Source of the DNA: Paraspadella gotoi
Lineage: Eukaryota; Animalia; Chaetognatha
Length of the DNA: 64,000 bases
Assembly (NCBI GenBank): GCA_051294375.1
Contig: CM119267.1
Span: 1,061,601 to 1,125,600, forward strand
Direction: 5' to 3'
The notes beneath the pieces were generated by a model. It saw nothing but the letters and a program-made list of their open reading frames with translations. It ran no database searches and was not told where the DNA came from. Of this stretch, positions 12,601-25,090 are shown piece by piece. Made by a program: the position numbers and the translations under genes. Every line of letters starts with the position of its first letter. Position 1 is the stretch's first letter.

Positions 12601-15600
12601 GCTCCGTCACGTCGGCGGCGGCGGCTGGCGGCAAATATTTGTTCAATTTTCTCGTTCGTATTTGGAGATGAGACTTCGTCTGACGAGCGGCGGAGTTCGG
12701 AGTTGATAAAGTTCGTGAATTTTGTGAAGAGGATTCGTGAAAGAGGAGGAGGAGGAGGAGGGGGGGAAAGGAGGATAAGAAACGGAAGAGGAAAAGACAT
12801 AATAGACAGATCTTTGTATTTTAATGCCAATGCGGAGTATGGTTTAGTATTTCTCTATTAAATACTAAGGGAGTGGTCCGTGTATACAATTTAAACGGTT
12901 CCCTTATGACTGTCTAAAGGTCAAGGTGAAAATAAGCTAATTTATTGAGACTACTCCCCCTCCTCAGGGTCCGACCCTCTTTTGGATCGAGCCCCGCGAC
13001 CCATTCTCCCGCGGGTCTCGATGGATTCACGTCGTCCGCCGCGTGATCGAAGACGAGGCCGGCAAACGTCACTGCAAGCCGGCAGATTTCCTCAACGAGG
13101 AAGTCAAACTGTGCGATCAATCGCTGCGGCACATGCAGATGTCGCAGCAGCAGCAGCAGCAGTGCAGCGGGGCTAAGGTGGAGGAAGAGGCGAGGGATCC
13201 AAGTCAGGTGAGGATCGAATGACGGTTTGGGACTTTTGCTCTGCGCTGCGGTGGGATTCGATCCTTCGGGAAAGTTCCGGGGCGAGTTCGGGCCAATTAA
13301 GATTCATTCCGTGAAGATGACGAAGCAGTTTTTTTGGGTTTTTTTTTGAAGGACAAAGATAGAAGGGTTTCAAGTTTTTAGATTAAAGTTTTGATGAAGA
13401 CTTAATGAAGACTTGAAATTAAAGTCGAAAACATGTAGTTTAGATCAACAACGACTTATTTTTAAACTTTTCTCATTGGTTTAAAGTTATACGCTTCGAC
13501 ACTTATTATGGTAAGCAAAAAGGGTTAAATTGTGGTTTCATTTCAAATGAGATTGAGTTCTTCAATCTCATTTACATATTGTAGTAGTTTGGCGCCATTT
13601 CTTCATATCTTTTGATACAGTTTTCAATAATAGTCTTATTTTACGGTTTTGGCAATAGTTTTAATAGGTTTTAATAATGTTTTAGTTTTCCAAATTATTA
13701 TTCAAATATTTCATAGTAGTATTGTCGCTTTATAAATGGAAGTATTTTTCTTGTTCTGGAGACTGGCTCATGTTTGATAGAAGATTGTTATTGTGTCAAA
13801 GGCCTAGCTATTAATCAGCTAGGATTTCAGGGTCGGTTTGAACCACTATGCCCTTTTCTTAGCTTGCCACTTATATATAATAAACCATCATGTATCTTGT
13901 GTAATATTATATAATGTTAAGTTAACAAATACATAAATAATGTAATTAACCACTATTGCTTCTCTTTATAAATTCATAAACATTATCAAGTGAAACAGCA
14001 AAAAATAACAATGCGAGCATTCTACCACTAACCATAAGGTCAACAATAAATAATAATATAAGATGCCCCTCCGTTAGAGTGGTGCATCGGATGTGGAAAT
14101 TCAAAATTTCCAACCAAGAATTTGGCTGCCCATTGTATCAAGATAAACCTAAATCTTATTTTTAATATTTTATACCTTCATAACATTTATCCATTCACAT
14201 TTATCAACTTTCTATGCTCTTCATCCATTAAATGATCCCACATTTCATGCTGTTCTTCCCAGCTTCTGACAGCACCAACTTTGGAGAATGGTGGCAGCTT
14301 TAAGTTGATGCAGCTTCATCCCACAAATGAGGTGTCACAACCTTTGATATCACTACTCCTTTCATGTTCATTAAACTCATTGCAAACCCAGTTTGGAGGA
14401 GACTGTTCCGCCCCAAACTACAACTTCGTTGCTTCTACAACTCATCGTCGCTCCAATCAATAAGGGATACCACACTTCTACAAGCCGCTCACTTTGACAA
14501 TACGTTACAAAATTGTGATTATCTCTTCTCTCTCTCTACTCGTCCACTCTAAAACTCGTCCAAATCTACAAACTCGTCCTAAACTACACTTCGCTTCGCT
14601 TAATTCGTCGATTGGCCCGTTCACACTTTTTCTGAGCTGTTTTCTGTGGGGAATTCAGAGGTCTGAATGAGTTGAAAACAAAACACACTTTACTCTCTCT
14701 CTCCATAATACATTTTACCATTTTCAAATTACATTCCATAATTTTAATAAAAAAAAAAAAAAAGGTTTTGGATATCCACCCCTGCTCTGCGCCTGTTTTT
14801 CCATTCATTTTAAACCTAACATTCTCCTTTTCATTTTACATTTTATGTGACATTCAAGGAACTCATACCCCTCGGACTTCTCTCTCAAATCCAAGCCTCA
14901 AGTTTCATTGGGACAACAAAGTGCCCGTTCAACTCAAGTTTCCATTTCTGCTCATATTTAATTTCTTCTCATATTTACTTGTATTTGACAAATTTTACTC
15001 CTTTACAAATATAAAACATACTTCACCCAAAGCCCACAGATATCAACCTTTTACTACCCATTTCCTCACTGCCTCTCTGCTCTTCTCATCATACTTTATT
15101 TAGTTTCCACACTCTTACAAAATTCAGCAAAATTGAAACCTACACATTACCCTATTTCTTGAGCCTGAAATCTTCAGTTGCACTGTATTCTTTTTGTCCT
15201 ATTTTATAAAAGTAAAGTTAAACTAAGCATATTAAATCACGTCTCCTATCCTGAGCGATGCTCTCCTACACAGTTAAATAATTCTCTATTTTAAATCTAC
15301 TTCTCATTGTGTGGCCATCCCTCTGGAAAACCATCCACACCTCTCCAAATACATAATCTCCAGATACCAGTGGGCTGTTATTCGCTGATAACCTATTGCT
15401 CACTTTTGTTCATAAACCAAGACAAGTGGGCTGTTATCTCTGATAACCCATTGCTCACTTCACCACATACTGCTGCTAACTCCACAAATTTCATATCCAT
15501 TTACGTTCTCTCACTTATCACTATCTTTTCTATTCAACTGTTTTATCTTAAAATGGATTCTTTCTATGAAATTGACATAAGACCTTTCAACTTCAGTGAG

Positions 15601-18600
15601 AAACAAGACATAGAATTGTGGCTCTCAAGATATTCTTGGGCAGTTATTGCAGCTTTAACCAGATGATGCAACAAATGAAATGAAAATTAATGCATACCTC
15701 CAAACATCTCCCAACCAAATTGGATGATCTTGGTCTAAAAATATTTGAAACTTCACAAACAAAAACAATTGGCCCGCACTGAAAGCTGAACTAATTCAAA
15801 AAACTTGCAGATCCAATAAAAAAGCAACACTTTCTAGATAACATTGATGCTCTCAAATGGGATGGTTAAACTTCCTTTGCATACTTTTGAACATTTGGTC
15901 ATAACAGAGACTCGCTCTTTGCACCCATTAGTTGCCGAAAACCAAGAACTATTTCAAATACACAAAAGATTCATAGCAGGACTTCCACCAGATTATCAAT
16001 CTTTCATTGACTTAGGCTTGCCTTCCACGCACATACGATATAGAAAAAGCACGGGAACGAGCAGAAAAGTGGCAAGAATTGCTCCAGAAAAATGAAAAGC
16101 GACCATTAGCTGCAGCCTGGACATCTCGCCCTCCGGAAGTTTCCTTTACCGCCGCTTCCATGACAAGCATGAAAAACTGTCTCAAAAAATCTCATGATAT
16201 GTCAATCAATAAAAAGCACAATTAGAGGCACAGCAAGAAACCAACTCAAGCATTAATGGATTACTTGATGAAAATAAGGATGAATAGAAAGAAAGAACAA
16301 GAACATTACTCTTTCCAGCTTTGAAAGGTCAAATATGACCAAAAATTTGATTTTTCTTATCCCAAAGATAAAAATTACTACACTCAAGATCACTTTCAAA
16401 ATCAACAGCCAGATTATCACAAGGGGTATCATAAACTCCGAAGAAAGATATCGCCATAATTACGTGGCCCACAAGACGACTGCCGCCATATTCAAACTGA
16501 TCACTATTATAACAAAAATAGATATGAAGAATTCCCTGACCAACCTTATTTACAAGATTATGAAAGAGGCCCAAGAAGATATGAACACGAATCTGATTCA
16601 GAATAAATCCAAAGTTTTCTCTACACAATTGTTCCACATTTCATCAATTTAAAAAAAAAAAAAAACAAAAACAAAAAAAAACAATGCATTTCATTGAATG
16701 ATCTCAAAGTTGAATTAAAATATATTTTTTAGCAGAACAAAAAACACACATAACTACTTTGTAAATTTTTATTCTTCATAACAGTTTTTTCAATTAATAA
16801 CAATTTTTCCATTCTTAAATTTATACATTGCTTTTTTCAATTAATTATTTTACATACATTTTAAGTAACCTACATCATTTTTTCACAAAACATAAAAACA
16901 AAGCATAAAAATAATCATGAAACATGAAAATTCATATCCACTCAATGTTGCTTGAACAATTGGATCAACTTAGTACAATTCAGATTTCAAATCTATAATA
17001 AATTTGCATAAAAATTATTTCATACTACTTTCTTTCATTATTTCCATCTTTGTGTGGCATCACTTTATCCATCTCATCATTCTTAAAATTTGTGGTCAGC
17101 TACTTCACTTCCTTTTTGGACTTCACAAAACGACTTCCTCGTGGTTGCCGCTCATCTGGATATGGATTACCTCTTCACATCATCTTCACTTCATGTTACT
17201 TAACTATTTTATCGTTCTTTACTTCGTTTTATTTATTTTATTTTATTTATTTATTTTATTTTATTTTATTTACCGTGGTTGTGACGTATGTAGCAGAATA
17301 ATTTGTGGTTCATTTCAAATGAGATTGAGTTCTTCAATCTCATTTACATATTGTAGTAGTTTGGACCATTTCTCATATCTTTTGATACAGTTTTCATAAT
17401 AGTCTTATTTTACGGTTTTGGCAATAGTTTTTAATAGGTTTTAATAATGTTTTTAGTTTTCCAATTATTATTCAAATATTTCATAGTAGTATTGTCGCTT
17501 TATAAATGGAAGTATTTTTTCTTGTTCTGGGAGACTGGCTCATGTTTGATAGAAGATTGTTATTGTCAAAGGCCTAGCTATTAATCAGCTAGGATTTCAG
17601 GGTCGGTTTGAACCACTATGCCCTTTCTTAGCTTGCCACTTATAATATAATAACCATCTGTATCTTGTGTAATATTAATAATGTTTAAGTTAACAATACA
17701 AAAATAATGTAATTAACCACTATTGCTTCTCTTTATAAATTCATAAACATTATCAAGTAGAACAGCAAAAAATAACAATGCGAAGCATTACTACCAACTA
17801 ACCATAAGGTCAACAATAAAATAATTATAAAGATTGGCCCTCCCGTTAGACTTATTTTAATAATATGATAATTGGCCTCAGAAAAAAAGTATAGGTATAA
17901 AACATGGTTTCTCAATATGATTTCTTAGCACTATTTTTATACGTCAGATTTAATTACTGCATTATGTAAAAATTGTTAGTTATTAGAATGAGTGCACCAA
18001 ATTTCACCTAGAAATAGATATTAATAAAGAAGTAAGATATTGAGCTTAATAAAAAAAATCCATTCTCTCTCTCTCAGTTGCCCCCTTCAGACGAATCCCT
18101 CCCCCTCGATCCCATTGTCACGCCCATTTCCGCTACCACGCCCACTTCCGCCCCCACTTCCGCTGCCACGTCCACTTCATCGAACGACCCCGAGGCGGCC
18201 ACGACCTCGACGCCTCCAACGTCTCCAGCGACGGAGACATCGAGCGTCGCATCTGAGGAGAGCGCTGCTGCACCCCCCGCCGCCCCCGCCGCCGCAGAAG
18301 AATCGGCGCCAGAGGTTGTGGAGGCGCCGGTTCAACCGGAAGTGATGACGGCGTCGGTTGGCGGAAGAAGCGCGGCGCCGAATTATGCGCCGGTAGAGAG
18401 AAGCGATATTGTGAAGGGGTGGGAACGATACTTAAATGATGTTGAGCCAATTTCTCTAATCTAAGGTTTGATCGTTTACTTTTTTCATATATTTTCGTAT
18501 ATTTTAATTTCCAGCCCCGTGACGCCGTCCCGACTCCGGCCCAACGCCGCTGGGATTTCGTGGCGTCGACGCTGAAGAGCCGTTCGAAATTGGCGCATCT

Positions 18601-21600
18601 CAAGTATCGCCTGACGGGCGAAGGGTTCGATCCAGAGTTGACGACCGACGTCCTCGCTTTTGTCCTTTCTCAAGAGGCAGTGGAGATCGATCGATTGAGA
18701 TGCGCCTTGCAGGTGAAAAGGAAATTCATTCCTCCTTCATTCTTCTTTTTTTCCTTTTTCTTTTTCCTCCTTTTTTATTTGCCCCTTTTTTTCTATTTCC
18801 TTCATCTCTTTTACTTTTTTTTCCTTTTTTCTCCTTTTTTCTCTTTTATTTCCATTTCCTTTTTTTTCTTTTTCTCTTTTCTCTTTCATTTTTTTTCNNN
18901 NNNNNNNGTCGGCGGCGGCGGCGTGGCGGCAAATATTTGTTCCAATTTTCTCGTTCGTATTTGGAGATAGAGACTTCGTCTGACGAGCGGCGGAGTTCGG
19001 AGTTGAATAAAGTTCGTGAATTTTGTGAAGAGGATTCGTGAAAGAGGAGGAGGAGGAGGAGGGGGAAAGGAGGATAAGAAACGGGAAGAGGAAAAGACAT
19101 AATAGACAGATCTTTGTATTTTAATGCCAATGCGGAGTATGGTTTAGTATTTCTCTATTAAATACTAAAGGGAGTGGTCCGTGTATACAATTTAAACGGT
19201 TCCCTTATGACTGTCTAAAGGTCAAGGTGAAAATAGCTAATTTATTGAGACTACTCCCCCCTCCTCAGGGTCCGACCCTCTTTTGGATCGAGGCCCCGCG
19301 ACCCATTCCTCCCGCGGGTCTCGATGGATTCACGTCGTCCGCCGCGTGATCGAAGACGAGGCCGGCAAACGTCACTGCAAGCCGGCAGATTTCCTCAACG
19401 AGGAAGTCAAACTGTGCGATCAATCGCTGCGGCACATGCAGATGTCGCAGCAGCAGCAGCAGCAGTGCAGCGGGGCTAAGGTGGAGGAAGAGGCGAGGGA
19501 TCCAAGTCAGGTGAGGATCGAATGACGGTTTGGGACTTTTGCTCTGCGCTGCGGTGGGATTCGATCCTTCGGGAAAGTTCGGGCGAGTTCGGGCCAATTA
19601 AGATTCTTTCCGTGAAGATGACGAAGCAGTTTTTTGGGTTTTTTTTCTGTTTAGTTTTTGAAGGACAAAGATAGAAGGGTTCAAGTTTTTAGATTAAAGT
19701 TTTGATGAAGACTCATTCATAATAGTCTTATTTTACGGTTTTGGCAATAGTTTTAATAGGTTTAATAATGTTTTAGTTTTCCAATTATTATTCAATATTT
19801 CATAGTAGTATTGTCGCTTTATAAATGGAAGTATTTTTCTTGTTCTGGGAGACTGGCTCATGTTGATAGAAGATTGTTATTGTCAAAGGCCTACTATTAA
19901 TCAGCTTAGGATTTCAGGGTCGGTTTGAACCACTATGCCCTTTTCTTAGCTTGCCACTTATAATATATAACCATCATGTATCTTGTGTAATATTAATAAT
20001 GTTAAGTTAACAATACAATAAATAATGTAATTAACCACTATTGCTTCTCTTTATAAATTCATAAACATTATCAAGTAGAACAGCAAAAAATAACAATGCG
20101 AGCATTCTACCACTAACCATAAGGTCAACAATAAATAATAATATAGATGCCCCTCCGTTAGACTTATTTTAATAATATGATAATTGGCCTCAGAAAAAAA
20201 GTATAGGTATAAAACATGGTTTCTCAATATGATTTTCTAGCACTATTTTTATACGTCAGATTTAATTACTGCATTATGTAAAAATTGTTAGTTATTAGAA
20301 TGAGTGCACCAAATTTCACCTAGAAATAGATATTAATAAAGAAGTAAGATATTGAGCTTAATAAAAAAAATCCATTCTCTCTTCTTCAGTTGCCCCTTCA
20401 GACGAATCCCTCCCCTCGATCCCATTGTCACGCCATTTCCGCTACCACGCCCACTTCCGCCCCCACTTCCGCTGCCACGTCCACTTCATCGAACGACCCC
20501 GAGGCGCCACGACCTCGACGCCTCCAACGTCTCCAGCGACGGAGACATCGAGCGTCGCATCTGAGGAGAGCGCTGCTGCACCCCCCGCCGCCCCCCGCCG
20601 CAGAGAATCGGCGCCAGAGGTTGTGGAGGCGCCGTCAACCGGAAGTGATGACGGCGTCGGTTGGCGGAAGAAGCGCGGCGCCGAATTATGCGCCGGTAGA
20701 GAGAAGCGATATTGTGAAGGGGTGGAACGATACTTAAATGATGTTGAGCCAATTTCTCTAATCTAAGGTTTGATCGTTTACTTTTTTCATATATTTTCGT
20801 ATATTTTAATTTCCAGCCCCGTGACGCCGTCCCGACTCCGGCCCAACGCCGCTGGGATTTCGTGGCGTCGACGCTGAAGAGCCGTTCGAAATTGGCGCAT
20901 CTCAAGTATCGCCTGACGGGCGAAGGGTTCGATCCAGGTTGACGACCGACGTCCTCGCTTTTGTCCTTTCTCAAGAGGCAGTGGAGATCGATGATTGAGA
21001 TGCGCCTTGCAGGTGAAAAGGAAATTCATTCCTCCTTCATTCTTCTTTTTTCTTTTCTTTTCCTCCTTTTTTATTTGCCCCTTTTTTCTTATTTCCTTCA
21101 TTCTCTTTTCCTTTTTTCATTTTTTCTCTTTTATTTCCATTTCCTTTTTTTCTTTTTCTCTTTTCTCTTTCATTTTTTTCTCCACTTGTTTTTCTTTCCT
21201 CGTCCACCCCCCTTTTATCTCCCCCCTTCCATTTACCCTTCCCCCTTTATCTCCCCCTTCATTCCACCCCTCCCCCTTTTATCTCCCCCTTCCATTCCAC
21301 CCCTTCCCCCTTTTATCTCCCCCCTTCCATTCCACCACCCCCCTCAGTCCCAAGTTTCCCGCTCCAAACTTCGGCTCCGCGGCGTCGAGTCAATGTTTAG
21401 CCTCGTCCACAAGGATCACCTCGTCCCGTCCGTCACCTATGGCGCNNNNNNNNNNNNNNNNNNNNNNNNNTAAAATGAAGACTTGAAATTAAGTCGAAAC
21501 ATGTAGTTTAGATTCAACAACGACTTATTTTTAAACTTTTCTTCATGGTTTAAAGTTATACGCTTCGACATTATGTAGCAGAATAATTTGTGGTTCATTT

Positions 21601-24600
21601 CAAATGAGATTGAGTTCTCAATCTCATTTACATATTGTAGTAGTTTGGGCCATTTCTCTATCTTTTGATACAGTTTTCATAATAGTCTTATTTTACGTAC
21701 GGTTTTGGCAATAGTTTTAATAGGTTTTAATAATTGTTTAGTTTTCCAATTATTATTCAAATATTTCATAGTAGTATTGTCGCTTTATAAATGGAAAGTA
21801 TTTTTCTTGTTCTGGGAGACTGGCTCATGTTTGATAGAAGATTGTTATTGTCAAAGGCCTAGCTATTAATCAGCTAGGATTTCAGGGTCGGTTTGAACCA
21901 CTATGCCCTTTTCTTAGCTTGCCACTTATAATATAATAACCATCATGTATCTTTGTGTAATATTAATAATGTTAAGTTAACAATACAATAAATAATGTAA
22001 TTAACCACTATTGCTTCTCTTTATAAATTCATAAACATTATCAAGTAGAACAGCAAAAAATAACAATGCGAGCATCTACCACTAACCATAAGGTCAACAA
22101 TAAATAATAATATAAGATGCCCCTCCGTTAGAGTGTGCATCGCGGAATGTGGAAATTCAAAATTTCCAACCAAGAATCTTGGCTGCCCATTGTATTCAAG
22201 TAAACCTAAATCTTATTTTTAATATTTTATACCTTCATACATTTATCCATTCACATTTATCAACTTTCTATGCTCTCATCCATTAAATGATCCCACATTT
22301 CATGCTGTTCTCCCAGCTTCTGACAGCACCAACTTTGGAGAATGGTGGCAGCTTTAAGTTGATGCAGCTTCATCCCACAAATGAGGTGTCACAACCTTTG
22401 ATATCACTACTCCTTCTCATGTCATTAAACTCATTGCAACCCAGTTTGGAGGAGACTGTTCCGGCCCCAAACTACAACTTCGTTGCTTCTACAACTCATC
22501 GTCGCTCCAATCAATAAGGGATACCACACTTCTACAAGCCGGCTCACTTTGACAATACGTTACAAAATTGAGTATCTCTGTCTCTCTCCTCTACTCGTCC
22601 AACTCTAAAACTCGTCCAAATCATTACAACTCGTCCTAAATACACTTCGCTTCTTTGCTTAATTCGTCGATTGACCCGTTCACCTTTGTGCTGAGCGTGT
22701 TTTTCTTGTGGGGAATTCAGAGGTCTGATATGAGGTTAGAAACAAACACACTTTACTCTCTCTTCTCCATAATACATTTTACCATTTTACAAATTACATT
22801 TCATAATTTAATAAAAAAAAAAAAAAAAAAGGTTTTTGGATATCCACCCCTGCTCTGCGCCTGTTTTTCCATTCATTTTAAACCTAACATTCTCTTTTCA
22901 TTTTTACATTTTTTGTGACATTCAAGGAACTCAATACCCCTCGGACTTCTCTCTCAAATCCAAGCTCAAGTTTCATTGGGACAACAAGTGCCGTTCAACT
23001 CAGTTTCCAGTTTCTGCTCATATTTAATTTCTTCTCTATATTTACTTGTATTTGACAAATTTTACTCCTTTACAAAATAAACAATACTTCACCCAAAGCC
23101 ACAGATATCAACCTTTACTACCCATTTCCTCACTGCCTCTCTGCTCTCTCATCATACTTTATTTAGTTTCCACACTCTTACTAATTCAGCAACAATTGAT
23201 CTCTCTCTTTTTTCGTCTGCGGATGGCAGGGTCTGCTCGGTTATCCCGACATCTCCGCCGTCACCCTCTCGAACGACTCCGGCCACAACAACAACAAGCT
23301 GGCCAACGTGGGCGTGGCCGCCGCTGGCTGCGTCTCGGGCTTGGGAGGACAAGGCGGATGCGGAAGAAGCGTCCCGCCGCCACTGGCCGACGTCGAACTC
23401 ATTCCGCCATCTGGTGAGGGAAAGAGAGAGAGACCGACCGACCGACCGTCTTCATTTTTAAACGATTATCATTGCAGATCGCGCGGTGCTGAAGTTGATG
23501 TACTCTCATCTACATCACTGGTTTCTCGATTCTCTGCGACGAGAGTTGCTCTCCGTCGAAAATTATTACAAAGAGGTAAGTTAAAAACCTTAAACTCTCT
23601 CTGAATTATTAATAATATTATTCGTAATAAACAATAGTAAGAAAGCGAATTAAAATTGGTTTTCTTTTCTCAAGAACGGCATCCGCCCTTCCCCGCCTTG
23701 TCACGACAACGGCGCCAAGGACGACCTTACCCTCGGTCTTCTGCCTCAGGCGCGATTCATCCTAACTTACCTTCAGCTTCTCTCGTCGAGCGCAAGCGAT
23801 CACCCGGCCTCCGCATCGCCGCTCATTGACGCCGGGTGCCTGGCCTTGTGCCAGACCGTCTTGAGATTGGCCGGACCAGAAGAGGGTAAAGTTTAGGCTG
23901 GCAATTGACATTTCCATTCCAAGGATATGTAAGAGATGATTATTTAATATGATCTTAAATGAGATTGAATATCTCAATCTCATTTACATATTGTAGTATT
24001 CATACTATTCATAGTATTCATATTCATAGTTAAACTGTTTACTTAGACTATACTTATCTCATCTTAGGAGAATATACCCTCCTATAGATACTATTTATAG
24101 GTTGTCACGTGACTAGTGTGGTCACCGAGGTTTAAGGGAAACAATGAATTTTAAGATAAAAATAAATTAACAATGATAAGAAGTAATTATTACTCATCGG
24201 TAAATTCAGTTTTTGGATGATCTTAGTCGTGGAATTGTCTCCATTACTAGTAGACGATCCGAATCTTGAGCGGAAGGAACGTCTGTCTATTAAGTATTAT
24301 AACTAGTTTTATGAAGCAATTCATACGTATTGTGTTAGTATATTAAGTTGCGTGTTTAAAACTAAAATTCGACAAACAGACAAAAAGTTGAGTTAAAATG
24401 ATCGAATCTATTATAATTACCTACTATGACCTCCATAGGGAAACTCCCCGCCCCTTCAACCCCCGTCCAAGTTATCGTTGAGGAGCCTCGAATCAAACCA
24501 GCTCAGCCCCACCCGTCAGTCTCGGGCCCCGACCAAGCTGCCCTCATGAAGGTGGGATCTCGGGTCGTGAGGGGCTTGGACTGGAAGTGGGGCGATCAGG

Positions 24601-25057
24601 ACGGGTCGCCGCCCGGTGTGGGCCGGGTCATCGGTGAACTGGGCGAGGACGGTTGGGTCAGAGTTCAATGGGAAACCGGGAGCACCAACAGTTACAGGTC
24701 AGGAGGTCACTCTTTTCGCTTTTTATTCATTTTAAATTTTAGCCGCTTTCTTTTTATCCTTATTACCCTTTTCCCTCTTCTCCTTCCCTTCTCCATTTCT
24801 TTCCCTTTCCCTCTTCTCCTTTCCTCTTCTTCCCCATTTCTTTCCTTTCCCCTCTTCTCCTTCCCTTCTCCATTTCTTTTCCTTTCCCCTCTTCTCCTTC
24901 CCTTCTCCATTTCTTTTCCTTTCCCTCTTCTCCTTCCCTTCTCCATTTCTTTTCCTTTTCCCTCTTCTCCTTCCCTTCTCCATTTCTTTTCCTTTCCCCT
25001 CTCTCCCTTCCGTCCCCTTTCCCTCCCCTTTCTCTCTCCTTTCCCATCCTCCCCTTC

Positions 25058-25090
<33 letters not shown>

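Noticed and set aside
19716-20162. Apparent solo-LTR allele versus the full LTR element
   Set aside because: The join lacks about 110 bp of flank and the start of the LTR, which is not a clean LTR-LTR recombination product, and it lies in the mis-assembled block.
18908-21180. Apparent tandem duplication of three HERC2 exons (mutually exclusive exons?)
   Set aside because: The copy starts at an N-gap, includes introns and differs almost only by indels. It is most likely redundant assembly; spanning reads would be needed to accept it.
23928-24373. Second solo LTR
   Set aside because: Starts with TGT and shares a motif with the LTR, but no matching TSD or clear end was found.
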